A stretch of DNA of 64,000 nucleotides from an uncultured bacterium (lineage in GTDB: Bacteria > Patescibacteriota > Minisyncoccia > Phycocordibacterales > GWA1-40-21), in the NCBI GenBank assembly GCA_903831305.1, contig CAIKXE010000008.1, forward strand, positions 25,105 to 89,104, given 5' to 3'. Made by a program: the position numbers and the translations under genes. Under the pieces are notes generated by a model. That model had not been told where the DNA came from and did no database searches. It worked only from the letters and a program-made list of their open reading frames with translations. Below, piece by piece: positions 37,433 through 46,817 of this stretch (its first letter is position 1; each line of letters begins with the position of its first letter).

Positions 37433-38269
37433 ATGTCAGCCACTAGAAATCCAAATCTTGGTCCGTCTGTCATACGCGCAAAGAGGCGGAGGTTATTTTT
37501 AATTCGACTTTTGATAGTGGCATTCATTCTTTTAGTTATTGTTTTTGGCTCAGCTATTTTATCTGGTCATGAGAAAGTTCAGATCCAGACTATCACGGTC
37601 AGTGGTAACGCGGCTGTTCCCACTGATGATATTTTAGCTATAGCAAATCAAGCTTTAACTGGCCGGTATTGGCAGTTATTTGCCCGAAGCAATTCTTTAA
37701 TATTTCCTCGTTTTGAAATTAAAAATAGTCTATTACAAGCAATCAGGACTATAAAAGAAGTGGATATTTCTTGGACCAGCTGGCAGGAGATAAATATTTC
37801 TATTACAGAGAGGAAACCTCACTCGGTGTGGTGTGGGGATAGTCCGGCGCATACCGAGGAATGTTTTTTTGTGGACAAAGCTGGTTATGTTTATGCTCCT
37901 GCCCCGACTGCTTTTGGAAATCTCTTTGTCAGGGATTATGGCTTTCTCACGCCTGGTGACCCCTTGGGGCAGTATTATCTTGCCTTGGGGACATATGTCA
38001 GGGTTTTTAATCTGATATATTCTTTAGACCAAAATAATCTCAAGGTCATTGCGGTGACTTATGATGGCTTTGATTATCGGTTTGTTTTAGATAATAAGGT
38101 AGAGATTATCTTTAATAATAAAAATGATTTTGATTCTTCCTTTACTAATCTGTTTTCTGCTCTGGCTAATAAAAGCTTGGATTTAGTAAAGGACGGTGCT
38201 AGCATCAGTTATATTGATTTGCGTTTTGATAATAAAATCGTGATTGGTAAGAAAAACCCTATAAAATAA
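37433..38269 (+). CDS. ftsQ: Cell-division protein FtsQ/DivIB-like (single TM + POTRA)
   Basis: RRRLFLIRLLIVAFILLVIVFGS TM; POTRA-like IQTITVSGN. Confidence 0.6.
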   Translation: MSATRNPNLGPSVIRAKRRRLFLIRLLIVAFILLVIVFGSAILSGHEKVQIQTITVSGNAAVPTDDILAIANQALTGRYWQLFARSNSLIFPRFEIKNSLLQAIRTIKEVDISWTSWQEINISITERKPHSVWCGDSPAHTEECFFVDKAGYVYAPAPTAFGNLFVRDYGFLTPGDPLGQYYLALGTYVRVFNLIYSLDQNNLKVIAVTYDGFDYRFVLDNKVEIIFNNKNDFDSSFTNLFSALANKSLDLVKDGASISYIDLRFDNKIVIGKKNPIK

Positions 38270-38273
38270 TGAT

Positions 38274-39266
38274 ATGAAAAAAAACTTTTGGGAAAAATTA
38301 GATAAGCCGTTTTTTTGTTTAGCACCCATGGCGGATGTGACGGATATCGCTTTTCGAAAAATGCTTGCTAAATATGGTAAAAATCCAGCCAATAAAAATC
38401 AGGTGGTGTTTTGGACGGAGTTTGTTTCTGCGGACGGTTTGTGTCACCCTAAAGGCCGGCCACATTTACTGCCGACCTTAAAATTTTCTAAAATCGAGAA
38501 GCCGATCGTTGCTCAAGTGTTTGGTGCTAATCCGGCCAATATGGAAAAAGCCTGCCGACTGATTTCAAAGCTGGGTTTTGACGGTATTGATATTAATATG
38601 GGTTGTCCAGATAAAAGTGTGATCAAACAAGGGGCAGGTTCCGCTTTGATTAAAAATCCTAAACTCGCTCGGGAGATAATCCAGAGCGCGATTTTAGGCG
38701 CAGGTGGATTACCGGTATCAGTGAAAACTAGAGCCGGTTTTAATAAAGAAGAGATTGATACCTGGATTCCGGAATTGTTAAAGGAAGATATCAAGGCCCT
38801 CACTATCCACGCGCGAACAAAAAAGGAGATGTCTAAAGTGCCAGCGCACTGGGATTATGTGAAGCGGGTGGTAGAGCTCGTGAAGAAAAGTGGTAAGGCT
38901 ATCCCGGTGATTGGTAATGGTGATGTAGTAGATATTGCTGATGGTCAAAAAAAAAGTATTGAAACTGGTTGTGCTGGGGTGATGGTGGGGCGGGGAGTGT
39001 TTGGCAATCCGTGGTTTTTTTCTGGCCGAAAAATAGAAACAGTGAGCATAACAGAAAAAATAAAAGCATTGGTTGAACATATTAAAATTTTTGATAAAGA
39101 ATTACTTAAGACCAAGATAAAAAACTATGCGGTGATGAAAAAGCATTTTAAGGCGTATATAAATGGTTTTGCCGGAGCCAAGGAATTAAGAGAGAAGCTG
39201 ATGGCAACGGAGACCCCTAAAGAAAGCGTCCATATTTTGTCTTCCTTCCTAAAAACCATTAAATAA
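38274..39266 (+). CDS. dus: tRNA-dihydrouridine synthase
   Basis: LAPMADVTDIAFR; catalytic INMGCP; TIM-barrel length. Confidence 0.8.
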   Translation: MKKNFWEKLDKPFFCLAPMADVTDIAFRKMLAKYGKNPANKNQVVFWTEFVSADGLCHPKGRPHLLPTLKFSKIEKPIVAQVFGANPANMEKACRLISKLGFDGIDINMGCPDKSVIKQGAGSALIKNPKLAREIIQSAILGAGGLPVSVKTRAGFNKEEIDTWIPELLKEDIKALTIHARTKKEMSKVPAHWDYVKRVVELVKKSGKAIPVIGNGDVVDIADGQKKSIETGCAGVMVGRGVFGNPWFFSGRKIETVSITEKIKALVEHIKIFDKELLKTKIKNYAVMKKHFKAYINGFAGAKELREKLMATETPKESVHILSSFLKTIK

Positions 39267-39297
39267 AGGTTGTTTTGGCGGCCTTTATGGTAAATGC

Positions 39298-39326
39298 TTG
39301 ACTTTACCATAATATTATGCTAGTAT
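39298..39326 (+). promoter_or_regulatory. Sigma70 promoter TTGACT-17-TAGTAT for the GC-rich secreted-protein cassette
   Basis: Read from ttgactttaccataatattatgctagtat. Confidence 0.5.
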
Positions 39327-39423
39327 ATTAGATAGATAGTCCTGATAAACCAACCATATTTATTGCTTGCCCTATCGGGTGGCGTATGGCTGGAATCAGG
39401 AAGGATTGAAAGGGAAGAGTCCG

Positions 39424-39915
39424 ATGAGTAAGTTCATTGCAATGCTGACCGTCTTGGTTGCCTTGGTGGCGACCGTGTCGGCACAGGATCTGGAGATCGC
39501 TAAGTTCCAGATCCAGAACCATGACATTACTGTAGAGGTCATGAAACCCAGACTTGCCGCAATCTCACAGCACTGGGGACGGCCAGTTGTGACCGGTGTT
39601 GTGACGATCGTCATTCATAACCAGATGGAGATCGTCAGTGTCCAGAGTAACTGGAACGGAGAGGAAGGTGACGGAAGTCGCTTCTCGTACACCTTGGTCT
39701 ATCGGTTGAAGGGTGTGACGGTCGGTGAGGCACACCTTACATCATACTCATTGAGTCTCTTCAAGTTCTCGTCAACAAGTAAAGACTGTGTTGACGACTT
39801 GTGGATCACCCCGATGGGAGTGGTGCCGGAGGACGATATTGTCCGATTCCGGTCTGCCGAAGTTGGGGAGGATATCCATAACGGTACTAATCCTCGCAAG
39901 TTTCTGAAGAAGTAA
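39424..39915 (+). CDS. Small secreted protein (signal peptide MSKFIAMLTVLVALVATVSAQD), GC-rich
   Basis: SD GGGAAG precedes the ATG. GC-rich codons; ~95-nt GC-rich leader. Confidence 0.55.
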   Translation: MSKFIAMLTVLVALVATVSAQDLEIAKFQIQNHDITVEVMKPRLAAISQHWGRPVVTGVVTIVIHNQMEIVSVQSNWNGEEGDGSRFSYTLVYRLKGVTVGEAHLTSYSLSLFKFSSTSKDCVDDLWITPMGVVPEDDIVRFRSAEVGEDIHNGTNPRKFLKK

Positions 39916-39943
39916 CAAACAAGCACAAAGAGGAAAGGAGGTG

Positions 39944-39975
39944 GCCCCGACATTCGTGTCGGGGCTATTCGTTTG
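39944..39975 (+). terminator. Intrinsic terminator GCCCCGAC-AUUCGU-GUCGGGGC followed by U-tract
   Basis: Hairpin followed by a T-rich tract. Confidence 0.65.
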
Positions 39976-40016
39976 TCCATTTTTGTAAATCAGCTAAATT
40001 CTGTTATACTAGACCC

Positions 40017-41054
40017 ATGTCTGAAACCGCATTGTATCGCAAATACCGCCCGCAAAAGTTTTCTGAAGTCTTGGGGCAAGATCATATTGTAAAGGTGCTG
40101 GAATCATCCATTGATCTGGATCGTCTTTCTCATGCTTATATTTTTTCTGGGAGCCGGGGAACGGGCAAGACCTCTGTGGCCCGTATTTTTGCCCGCGAGA
40201 TCGGCACCAGTGTGAATGACATTACCGAGATTGACGCCGCTTCTAATAACGGTGTGGACGAGATCCGCGCCTTGACTGAAGCTGTCAGTACCTTACCTTT
40301 TGAATCAAAATACAAAGTGTATATTTTAGATGAAGCGCACATGCTCTCTAAAGGTGCTTGGAATGCCTTGCTGAAAACCTTGGAAGAGCCACCAAAGCAT
40401 GTGATTTTTATCCTAGCTACGACTGAGTTTGAAAAGATACCGGAGACCGTGATTTCCCGTTGTCAGAATTTTTCTTTTAAAAGACCGACGCAAAAAGTCC
40501 TAAAGGAAGTGGTTATAGCGATTGCTAAGAAGGAGGGCTTTGGGCTGGAGCCTGCCTCAGCTGATTTGGTGGCTCTGCTTGGTGACGGTTCCTTCCGTGA
40601 TGCGCAGAGTATTTTACAAAAGGTAATGGGCTCATCAAAGGATAAAATGATATCATTGGCTGAAGTAGTATTAGTGACGGGGGCACCACGGGGGGAGATG
40701 ATCAATGATTTTATCCGGGCGATAGATGAGAATAATCTGGGGCTTGGCTTGGCCTCGGTTTCCTTAGCCCTGGAGGCAAATATGGATATGCTACTGTATT
40801 TTAAATTAGTGTTGCACAAAATGCGCACTATTTTACTCTTGCGTAATTTAAAATCCGCCGAGGAAAAATTAAGAGAAGAGTTGACCGATACGGATTTTAC
40901 TTTCCTTAAAGCGTTGGCTGAAAAAAGGGATGGTAAAATCAACTCTGACACCTTGCTTACCTTGCTTACTCATTATGATCTGGTCTCTCACGCCTATCTC
41001 CCTGAGATGGTCTTGGAACTGCTATTGAATAAGTTAATCACTACTAAGGAATAA
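40017..41054 (+). CDS. dnaX: DNA polymerase III subunit gamma/tau (short form)
   Basis: YRPQKFSEVLGQ, Walker A GSRGTGKTS and DEAHML. Confidence 0.85.
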   Translation: MSETALYRKYRPQKFSEVLGQDHIVKVLESSIDLDRLSHAYIFSGSRGTGKTSVARIFAREIGTSVNDITEIDAASNNGVDEIRALTEAVSTLPFESKYKVYILDEAHMLSKGAWNALLKTLEEPPKHVIFILATTEFEKIPETVISRCQNFSFKRPTQKVLKEVVIAIAKKEGFGLEPASADLVALLGDGSFRDAQSILQKVMGSSKDKMISLAEVVLVTGAPRGEMINDFIRAIDENNLGLGLASVSLALEANMDMLLYFKLVLHKMRTILLLRNLKSAEEKLREELTDTDFTFLKALAEKRDGKINSDTLLTLLTHYDLVSHAYLPEMVLELLLNKLITTKE

Positions 41055-41102
41055 GGGTCTATCTATCCGAACATTAATAGTATATACTAAGGCTTAGTAT
41101 TA

Positions 41103-41798
41103 ATGTTCATGAAAGTAGAGTTAAAAAATAAAGCGATAGCTCTAAGAAAGGAGGGAAACACATATTCAGAAATTATGAAGGTTATTCCGGTGGCTAAGTC
41201 TACTTTGTCTGATTGGTTGAAACAGGTTGGTATGGTAAAGGAAGTAAAACAAATTTTTACTGAAAAGAGAAGGTTGGCCTCTCTTAAAGGTGGGCAGGCT
41301 AAACGAAAACAGAGAGTAGATCTTTATAATTTGATTACTGGAAAGGCTGAGAAAGAAATTGGTAGGATGACGAGAAGAGAATTATGGCTAGTGGGCACTG
41401 CCTTGTATTGGGCGGAGGGATCAAAAGAGAAAGAAGGGCGTCCGGGCACGGGAATTAGCTTTTCAAACTCTGATTATCAGATGGTTAATTTATTTTTGAA
41501 ATGGTTGATGTTTGTTATCAATATTCCTAGGGAGGAAATCAGCTGTGAGATATATATTCATGATAGTTATCGTGATGAAATTCCTCGTTTTCAAAAGTAT
41601 TGGTCAACTAAAACCGGTTTACCTTTGAGTTATTTTAATACGGTCTATTTTAAGAGGATTAAGATTAATACCAAAAGAAAGAATGTGGGGGACTTGTATA
41701 ATGGACAATTAAGAGTTAAAGTATACAGGAGCTCGTCCTTGAACCGTCAAGTGGCGGGTTGGGTCCGAGGTATAAATAAATATTGGGGGATCGTCTAA
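41103..41798 (+). CDS. HTH + LAGLIDADG-like endonuclease-fold protein; 3' end overlaps the 5' end of tRNA-Gln by 15 nt
   Basis: N-terminal HTH NTYSEIMKVIPVAKSTLSDWLKQ; LAGLIDADG-like LVGTALYWAEGS. Confidence 0.45.
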   Translation: MFMKVELKNKAIALRKEGNTYSEIMKVIPVAKSTLSDWLKQVGMVKEVKQIFTEKRRLASLKGGQAKRKQRVDLYNLITGKAEKEIGRMTRRELWLVGTALYWAEGSKEKEGRPGTGISFSNSDYQMVNLFLKWLMFVINIPREEISCEIYIHDSYRDEIPRFQKYWSTKTGLPLSYFNTVYFKRIKINTKRKNVGDLYNGQLRVKVYRSSSLNRQVAGWVRGINKYWGIV

Positions 41799-41854
41799 TG
41801 GTAGGACAACGGATTTTGGATCCGTTTATTTTGGTTCGACTCCAAGTCCCCCAG
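41784..41854 (+). tRNA. tRNA-Gln (anticodon TTG)
   Basis: U1:A72 acceptor UGGGGGA/UCCCCCA with G73 (bacterial Gln identity); D-arm GUCU-AAUGGUA-GGAC; anticodon loop UUUUGGA; T-loop UUCGACU. Confidence 0.8.
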
Positions 41855-41884
41855 CTTTGTTCAGGATTTTAATAAGATAAATTT

Positions 41885-42187
41885 ATGTTACCAGCAACAG
41901 ATTTAATATATTTCTATATAATTCTATCAGGCTTTATGACCGTTTGGGCTTTTAGAAAGACTGTCGGTAGAAAGGAAAAACTTGGTGAATTTGAATATAT
42001 TGGGTTCAGTGCCTTTTGGGGTATTGCTTTAATTATTTTCTATAATTTTGCAAAGGCTAGTAATCTAAAAATAAGTAGTGGTTTACTTTTTAATCCAATT
42101 GATATTGGGTTTGTCCTAGCTCTTGCAGGTATGTTTTTTGCTTGGTTAGTTGGGTTGATCTGTAATTTATTTGGTTGGGGAAGATAA
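41885..42187 (+). CDS. Small membrane protein (100 aa, 3 TM)
   Basis: Hydrophobic segments. Confidence 0.45.
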   Translation: MLPATDLIYFYIILSGFMTVWAFRKTVGRKEKLGEFEYIGFSAFWGIALIIFYNFAKASNLKISSGLLFNPIDIGFVLALAGMFFAWLVGLICNLFGWGR

Positions 42188-42247
42188 ATTCATCTACGGT
42201 TATGTGTCTTCGATATACTACACACAGCATAATATATATAAAATAAT

Positions 42248-42724
42248 ATGGCAAATATATACGAAACAGAAAATTTTGTTGTCGAGTCACAAAGTGAACC
42301 ATTTGTGTCGCGCACTGATGGCGGGCATATTCGGATTAGAATTAAAGATAAAAGCATTACAGATAGGACAAAGCTTGAGTCAAAAGTGGCAATAGAGCTT
42401 ATGCGTTTGACCATGATCGTCGGCGAGGCGTTTGAGATAGCGATGAATAACAGAGGTATACCAGTGGTGAAAATAAATTATCAGGATATGGGGAATTGGG
42501 CTTACAAAAGAAATGAAAAACCATTTCTTCATGTGCACATTTTTGGGCGAGCAACTAATGCGGTCAAACAGATTTGGCCAGAGAGTGTGTCTTTGCCTGC
42601 TAGAGAAAGTGGTTTTTATGAAGGATTTGAACCACTAAATACTGAGGATATTGAAGAAGTTAAAAAGCAGATTTTCCAGGCAGAAGCAAAAGAAAAATAC
42701 CAACTTAAGAACTGGGGTATTTAA
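42248..42724 (+). CDS. HIT-like (histidine triad) hydrolase-fold protein
   Basis: HxHxH-like PFLHVHIFGR. Confidence 0.45.
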   Translation: MANIYETENFVVESQSEPFVSRTDGGHIRIRIKDKSITDRTKLESKVAIELMRLTMIVGEAFEIAMNNRGIPVVKINYQDMGNWAYKRNEKPFLHVHIFGRATNAVKQIWPESVSLPARESGFYEGFEPLNTEDIEEVKKQIFQAEAKEKYQLKNWGI

Positions 42725-42726
42725 TA

Positions 42727-43584
42727 TTGTCCGCTATGAAAAACAATAAAATTTGGTTTGTTAATAAAACTTATGGCTATGGGTGGACGCCGGCCACTTG
42801 GGAAGGCTGGCTGGTTATATTTTTGTGGCTTATTCTTTTTGTCCCCCTAACTCTGGCGGTAGAGCACAATTTACCTTTTAGCTTGATCGGGATATTCTTT
42901 GTTACTGGTTTACTAATATATATTTGTTATAAAAAAGGGGAGAAACCACACTGGCAGTGGGGTAAAAAGAATCAAAACCTAAAATTACTTCTGACATCCG
43001 CGGGATTAGCCAATCAAAAAATTAAGGAAGTGTTTTTGGCTGAAGTGGGGGAACCACTAAAAGAAAAAATGGTTTTGCTGATTGCTTATGCGCAAAATAA
43101 TGATGAGCAGTTTTATGTGGATAAGTCAGTAGAGGAACTCCAGACTTTAGGAATGCAAAAAATTACTATCTTTAACCTGCATAAGCCGACAGTGGTCACA
43201 AACCTGCCAAAATTTGATGTCATATATATGTGTGGGGGAAACACTTTTTCTATTTTAAAAAAGTTGCGTGAGACGGGGATAGATAAGTTGGTTATTTCTC
43301 AGGTAAACTCTGGTGCCCTTTATGTGGGTGTCTCGGCTGGTAGTATTATCGCGGGACCGGATATTAAAATAGCGGGACATGGGAGTGAAGGTGACCCTAA
43401 TGATGTTAAATTGGTGGACCTTTCTGGATTTAAATTCACGGACACTATTATCTTTCCGCATTATAGGGAGCTATTAAAATCTGAAGTGGAATCTTTCCAA
43501 CGTCTGGTAAAAAACCCGGTCATCGCCCTCACGGATAATCAAGCCTTGCTTATTAGCGGCGGAAAATCAATAATAATAGAGTGA
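42727..43584 (+). CDS. Membrane-anchored S51 peptidase (PepE/cyanophycinase-like)
   Basis: N-terminal 2 TM; catalytic Ser context VGVSAGSIIAG; YMCGGNTFSILKKL. Confidence 0.6.
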   Translation: MSAMKNNKIWFVNKTYGYGWTPATWEGWLVIFLWLILFVPLTLAVEHNLPFSLIGIFFVTGLLIYICYKKGEKPHWQWGKKNQNLKLLLTSAGLANQKIKEVFLAEVGEPLKEKMVLLIAYAQNNDEQFYVDKSVEELQTLGMQKITIFNLHKPTVVTNLPKFDVIYMCGGNTFSILKKLRETGIDKLVISQVNSGALYVGVSAGSIIAGPDIKIAGHGSEGDPNDVKLVDLSGFKFTDTIIFPHYRELLKSEVESFQRLVKNPVIALTDNQALLISGGKSIIIE

Positions 43585-44237
43585 TGAATCAAGAAACACA
43601 GGAATTTATAGCTGAGTTAAAGACTAGACCCGATGTTTTGGGAATCATTCTTTTTGGCTCTTGGGCGCGGGGGAATAATCGTCCTGATAGTGATGTTGAC
43701 TTGGTTGTGATTATACAGACAGGCTTCAAGCGGACGGTGGAATACAGAAATAAGCAGGCTTTCGAGATAATATATAATACTGTAGATGGAGCTATTAATT
43801 TTTGGATGACGCATGGTGATGACTGTGCTGGTCTTTGGGAGATAGCAAAAATTCTTTATGATAAAGATGGTTCTGTTAAACTCTTACAGTCCGAAGCACA
43901 AAAAATAATTCAGAACGGCAAAAAGGAGATTGATTTATTTCAGGTGGAACAATATAAGTTTAGTGCGGAGGATGAAATCGTCGCGATTCGGGCACTTAAA
44001 CAAACTGATGTGGCCACCGCAAATCTAGTGTTAAGTAAAATGGTACTTTTTCTCACCGAATTATTCTTTAATTTAAGACAGTTGTGGACACCGGCGCCAA
44101 AACAAAGATTAACAAAAATACAGGAAATAATGCCTGAGCTGCATAAGCTTTTGGTGGCTTTTTACGCTGATGATAAAACTCTAGATGAAAGAATTGATTT
44201 AGCCGAAGAAATAGTCGTCAGTGTTTTTAAAAAATAA
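43581..44237 (+). CDS. Nucleotidyltransferase (Pol-beta superfamily; KNTase/ANT-like N-terminal NTase + helical C-domain); overlaps upstream gene by 4 nt
   Basis: GIILFGSWARGNNRPDSDVDLVVI (GS...D.D). Confidence 0.65.
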   Translation: MMNQETQEFIAELKTRPDVLGIILFGSWARGNNRPDSDVDLVVIIQTGFKRTVEYRNKQAFEIIYNTVDGAINFWMTHGDDCAGLWEIAKILYDKDGSVKLLQSEAQKIIQNGKKEIDLFQVEQYKFSAEDEIVAIRALKQTDVATANLVLSKMVLFLTELFFNLRQLWTPAPKQRLTKIQEIMPELHKLLVAFYADDKTLDERIDLAEEIVVSVFKK

Positions 44238-44280
44238 AATGGTCACGGCCCGCAGGAGTGCATCCTAGCGGGCCGGGTTA

Positions 44281-44769
44281 TTAGCTACCGTGTGGTAGCC
44301 AGATGGGGACTCGAGAAAGGTCAGGAATTGAGACATATGGGTCGTCATAACGTAGCACCCTTATTGCTCTAAAATTGGAGTCGTTATAGTGTGTTATTGA
44401 CCTCAATCTGAAGTCGTGAAAGCCATCAAAGCGTTCAAACGTTCCAAAGTTGAGCCCTTCTTCATATGCCTGGATGTAGGCCAAGCCAAAAGTGGTAATG
44501 TAGACCATGGCCTTCCCTTGAAGGCACTTAAGGTAATTCAGTACCTCTTGCTCGGTAGGGTTGCCCCTAAACCTAATCCTGTCATGATAGACATTAATGT
44601 CATTACCCCAGACGTAGGTAACAGAATCGATCTGTTCCCTAGATAGGTCATGACTGGTGTTAATGACTACAGACGGCTTGCCAGAGCTATCATTCAGAAT
44701 TCGAGATCTGGCATCGTTCGTACAGATCAGTTGATACATGGTTGCGTTCCTTTTTGTTGTTGGATTCAT
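44281..44769 (-). CDS. Hypothetical protein (162 aa), moderately GC-rich
   Basis: ORF only; no confident motif. Confidence 0.35.
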   Translation of the reverse strand: MNPTTKRNATMYQLICTNDARSRILNDSSGKPSVVINTSHDLSREQIDSVTYVWGNDINVYHDRIRFRGNPTEQEVLNYLKCLQGKAMVYITTFGLAYIQAYEEGLNFGTFERFDGFHDFRLRSITHYNDSNFRAIRVLRYDDPYVSIPDLSRVPIWLPHGS

Positions 44770-45032
44770 TCAATACACGAAACGGAAGCTAAACACACAG
44801 GCGGGCAATTTCACGCTTTTGAGGGACACCTCCTTTCTTGAGTTGTGAGAGAACTTGTGGTCTGGTATAAGTATAGCATGATAAATATAGCCAGACAATA
44901 GGGGATTGTGGGTAACTTGTTTTTGACAGTAATATGTTTGATTGTTTGCCGTCTAATTAGGTGTATAATGATAGTGTAATTTAATAGGTAAAAAATTTAG
45001 GTAAAATAAATAATACTTAAATATTTAGGAAT

Positions 45033-45941
45033 ATGAAGAATATAATTATTGGAATTATTGTCGTCCTTGCTCTCGGTCTCGGTATTTATTATTTTACAGG
45101 CACCAAGTCAAACAAGGTGGTGCTAGATGTTGATAAAAATGTGGCTACGACCACCAAAGATGTCGTGAAAGTGGCTACTAGCACTGTGCCTACTAGTGGT
45201 TCACAGAGTATCCTCGGGACTTCTGTCTCAGGTAAAAATATTTTAGCTTATCACTATGGTACCGGTAGTACAGAAATATTATTGGTGGGTGGTATTCACG
45301 GTGGTTATGCTTGGAACACCCCTTTGCTTGCCTTCCAAGTGATGGATTATCTAAAGGCTAACCCCACAGTCATACCCGCTGGTTTGCGCGTGACAGTTAT
45401 CCCGGTTTTAAATCCTGATGGTTTGGTCAAGGTGACTGGAACGGATGGACGCTTTACCGTTGGTGATGTTTCTGAGAGTCAGGCTACAGTGGTGGCTGGG
45501 CGTTTCAATGCAAATAAAGTGGATTTAAACCGTAACTTTGATTGTGATTGGAAAGCAAATAGTGTCTGGCAGAATACGGATGTGAGTGGTGGTAGTGCCG
45601 CATTCTCTGAGCCAGAGGCCAAGGCTTTGAAAACTTATGTAGAGACTAGTCAGCCTAAGGCGGTGGTAGCTTGGTATAGTGCAGCCGGTGGAGTGTATTC
45701 TTCAAATTGTCATAACGGCGTTTTGCCTGAGACTAAGGATCTGACTAGTACCTATGCCAAGGCTTCTGGCTATAGTGCCAATGAAGAATTTGACTTCTAT
45801 GAGACAACTGGTGACCTGACAAATTGGCTAGCTAAGAAGGGTATTCCGGCTATTGGTGTCCTCTTGACTAACCATACCGATACGGAATTAGCCAAGAATA
45901 AGGCTGGCTTGCTCGCTATCTTTAAGTATTATACTAAGTAA
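45033..45941 (+). CDS. M14 zinc carboxypeptidase-like protein (gamma-D-glutamyl-diamino acid peptidase-like), N-terminal TM anchor; paralog A
   Basis: HGGYAWN, NPDG and NRNFDCDW motifs. Confidence 0.7.
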   Translation: MKNIIIGIIVVLALGLGIYYFTGTKSNKVVLDVDKNVATTTKDVVKVATSTVPTSGSQSILGTSVSGKNILAYHYGTGSTEILLVGGIHGGYAWNTPLLAFQVMDYLKANPTVIPAGLRVTVIPVLNPDGLVKVTGTDGRFTVGDVSESQATVVAGRFNANKVDLNRNFDCDWKANSVWQNTDVSGGSAAFSEPEAKALKTYVETSQPKAVVAWYSAAGGVYSSNCHNGVLPETKDLTSTYAKASGYSANEEFDFYETTGDLTNWLAKKGIPAIGVLLTNHTDTELAKNKAGLLAIFKYYTK

Positions 45942-46810
45942 TGAGTTCTATTTTTTCTCGACGGACTATTACGGTAATAGTCATCCTGGCTCTTTTGGGC
46001 TGGGGTGGCTATGTGCTGTATGGTCAGTTTAAGCGAGCACCTGTGGTGGAGACTGTGCAAACACCGGTGGAAACTATAATCGGTAAGTCAGTGGAAGGTA
46101 GGGAGATCAAGGCTTATACTTATGGGACCGGTAAAACCCATCTACTCTTTGTAGGTGGTGTTCATGGTGGCTATGAATGGAACAGTGTTCTTTTGGCCTA
46201 TAATTTTATTGATTACCTTAATACCAATATTTCTTATTTTCCAGAATTTTTGACGGTGACGGTGATACCAGCAGTAAATCCAGATGGCGTGTATAAGGTA
46301 ATCGGTAAGGAAGGGCGGTTTGCTTTTGCTGATGTAGCTACCAGCACTTCTGTCACTGGTATTGGGCGATTTAATTCTAATAATGTGGATTTAAACCGAA
46401 ACTTTGATTGTAAATGGAAGTCACAAAGTACTTGGAAGAATAATATTGTCAGTGCCGGAACAAAAGCTTTTTCGGAACCGGAAGCAGCCGCCTTGCAAGG
46501 TTTTGTTTTAAAAAACAAACCAACAGCGGTGATCTTTTGGCATAGTATGTCTAACGCAGTCTATGCCTCCGAATGTAAGAATGGTATTTTACCGGAGACC
46601 AGAAATATTATGAACACTTATGCTAAGGCGGCGGGCTATCCGGCGGTGGACACCTTTGATAGCTATGAAATAACTGGTGATGCCGAGGGGTGGCTGGCAT
46701 CTATAAATATCCCGGCAATTACCGTGGAGCTTAAAACCCATGAAAGTGTAGAGTGGGAGAAAAACCTAGCTGGTATCAAAGCTTTGTTTAAGTATTATCA
46801 AAGGCCCTAG
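45941..46810 (+). CDS. M14 zinc carboxypeptidase-like protein, paralog B (tandem duplicate; start overlaps the stop of paralog A)
   Basis: HGGYEWN, NPDG and NRNFDCKW; colinear similarity to 45033..45941. Confidence 0.7.
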   Translation: MSSIFSRRTITVIVILALLGWGGYVLYGQFKRAPVVETVQTPVETIIGKSVEGREIKAYTYGTGKTHLLFVGGVHGGYEWNSVLLAYNFIDYLNTNISYFPEFLTVTVIPAVNPDGVYKVIGKEGRFAFADVATSTSVTGIGRFNSNNVDLNRNFDCKWKSQSTWKNNIVSAGTKAFSEPEAAALQGFVLKNKPTAVIFWHSMSNAVYASECKNGILPETRNIMNTYAKAAGYPAVDTFDSYEITGDAEGWLASINIPAITVELKTHESVEWEKNLAGIKALFKYYQRP

Positions 46811-46817
46811 TCTATAG

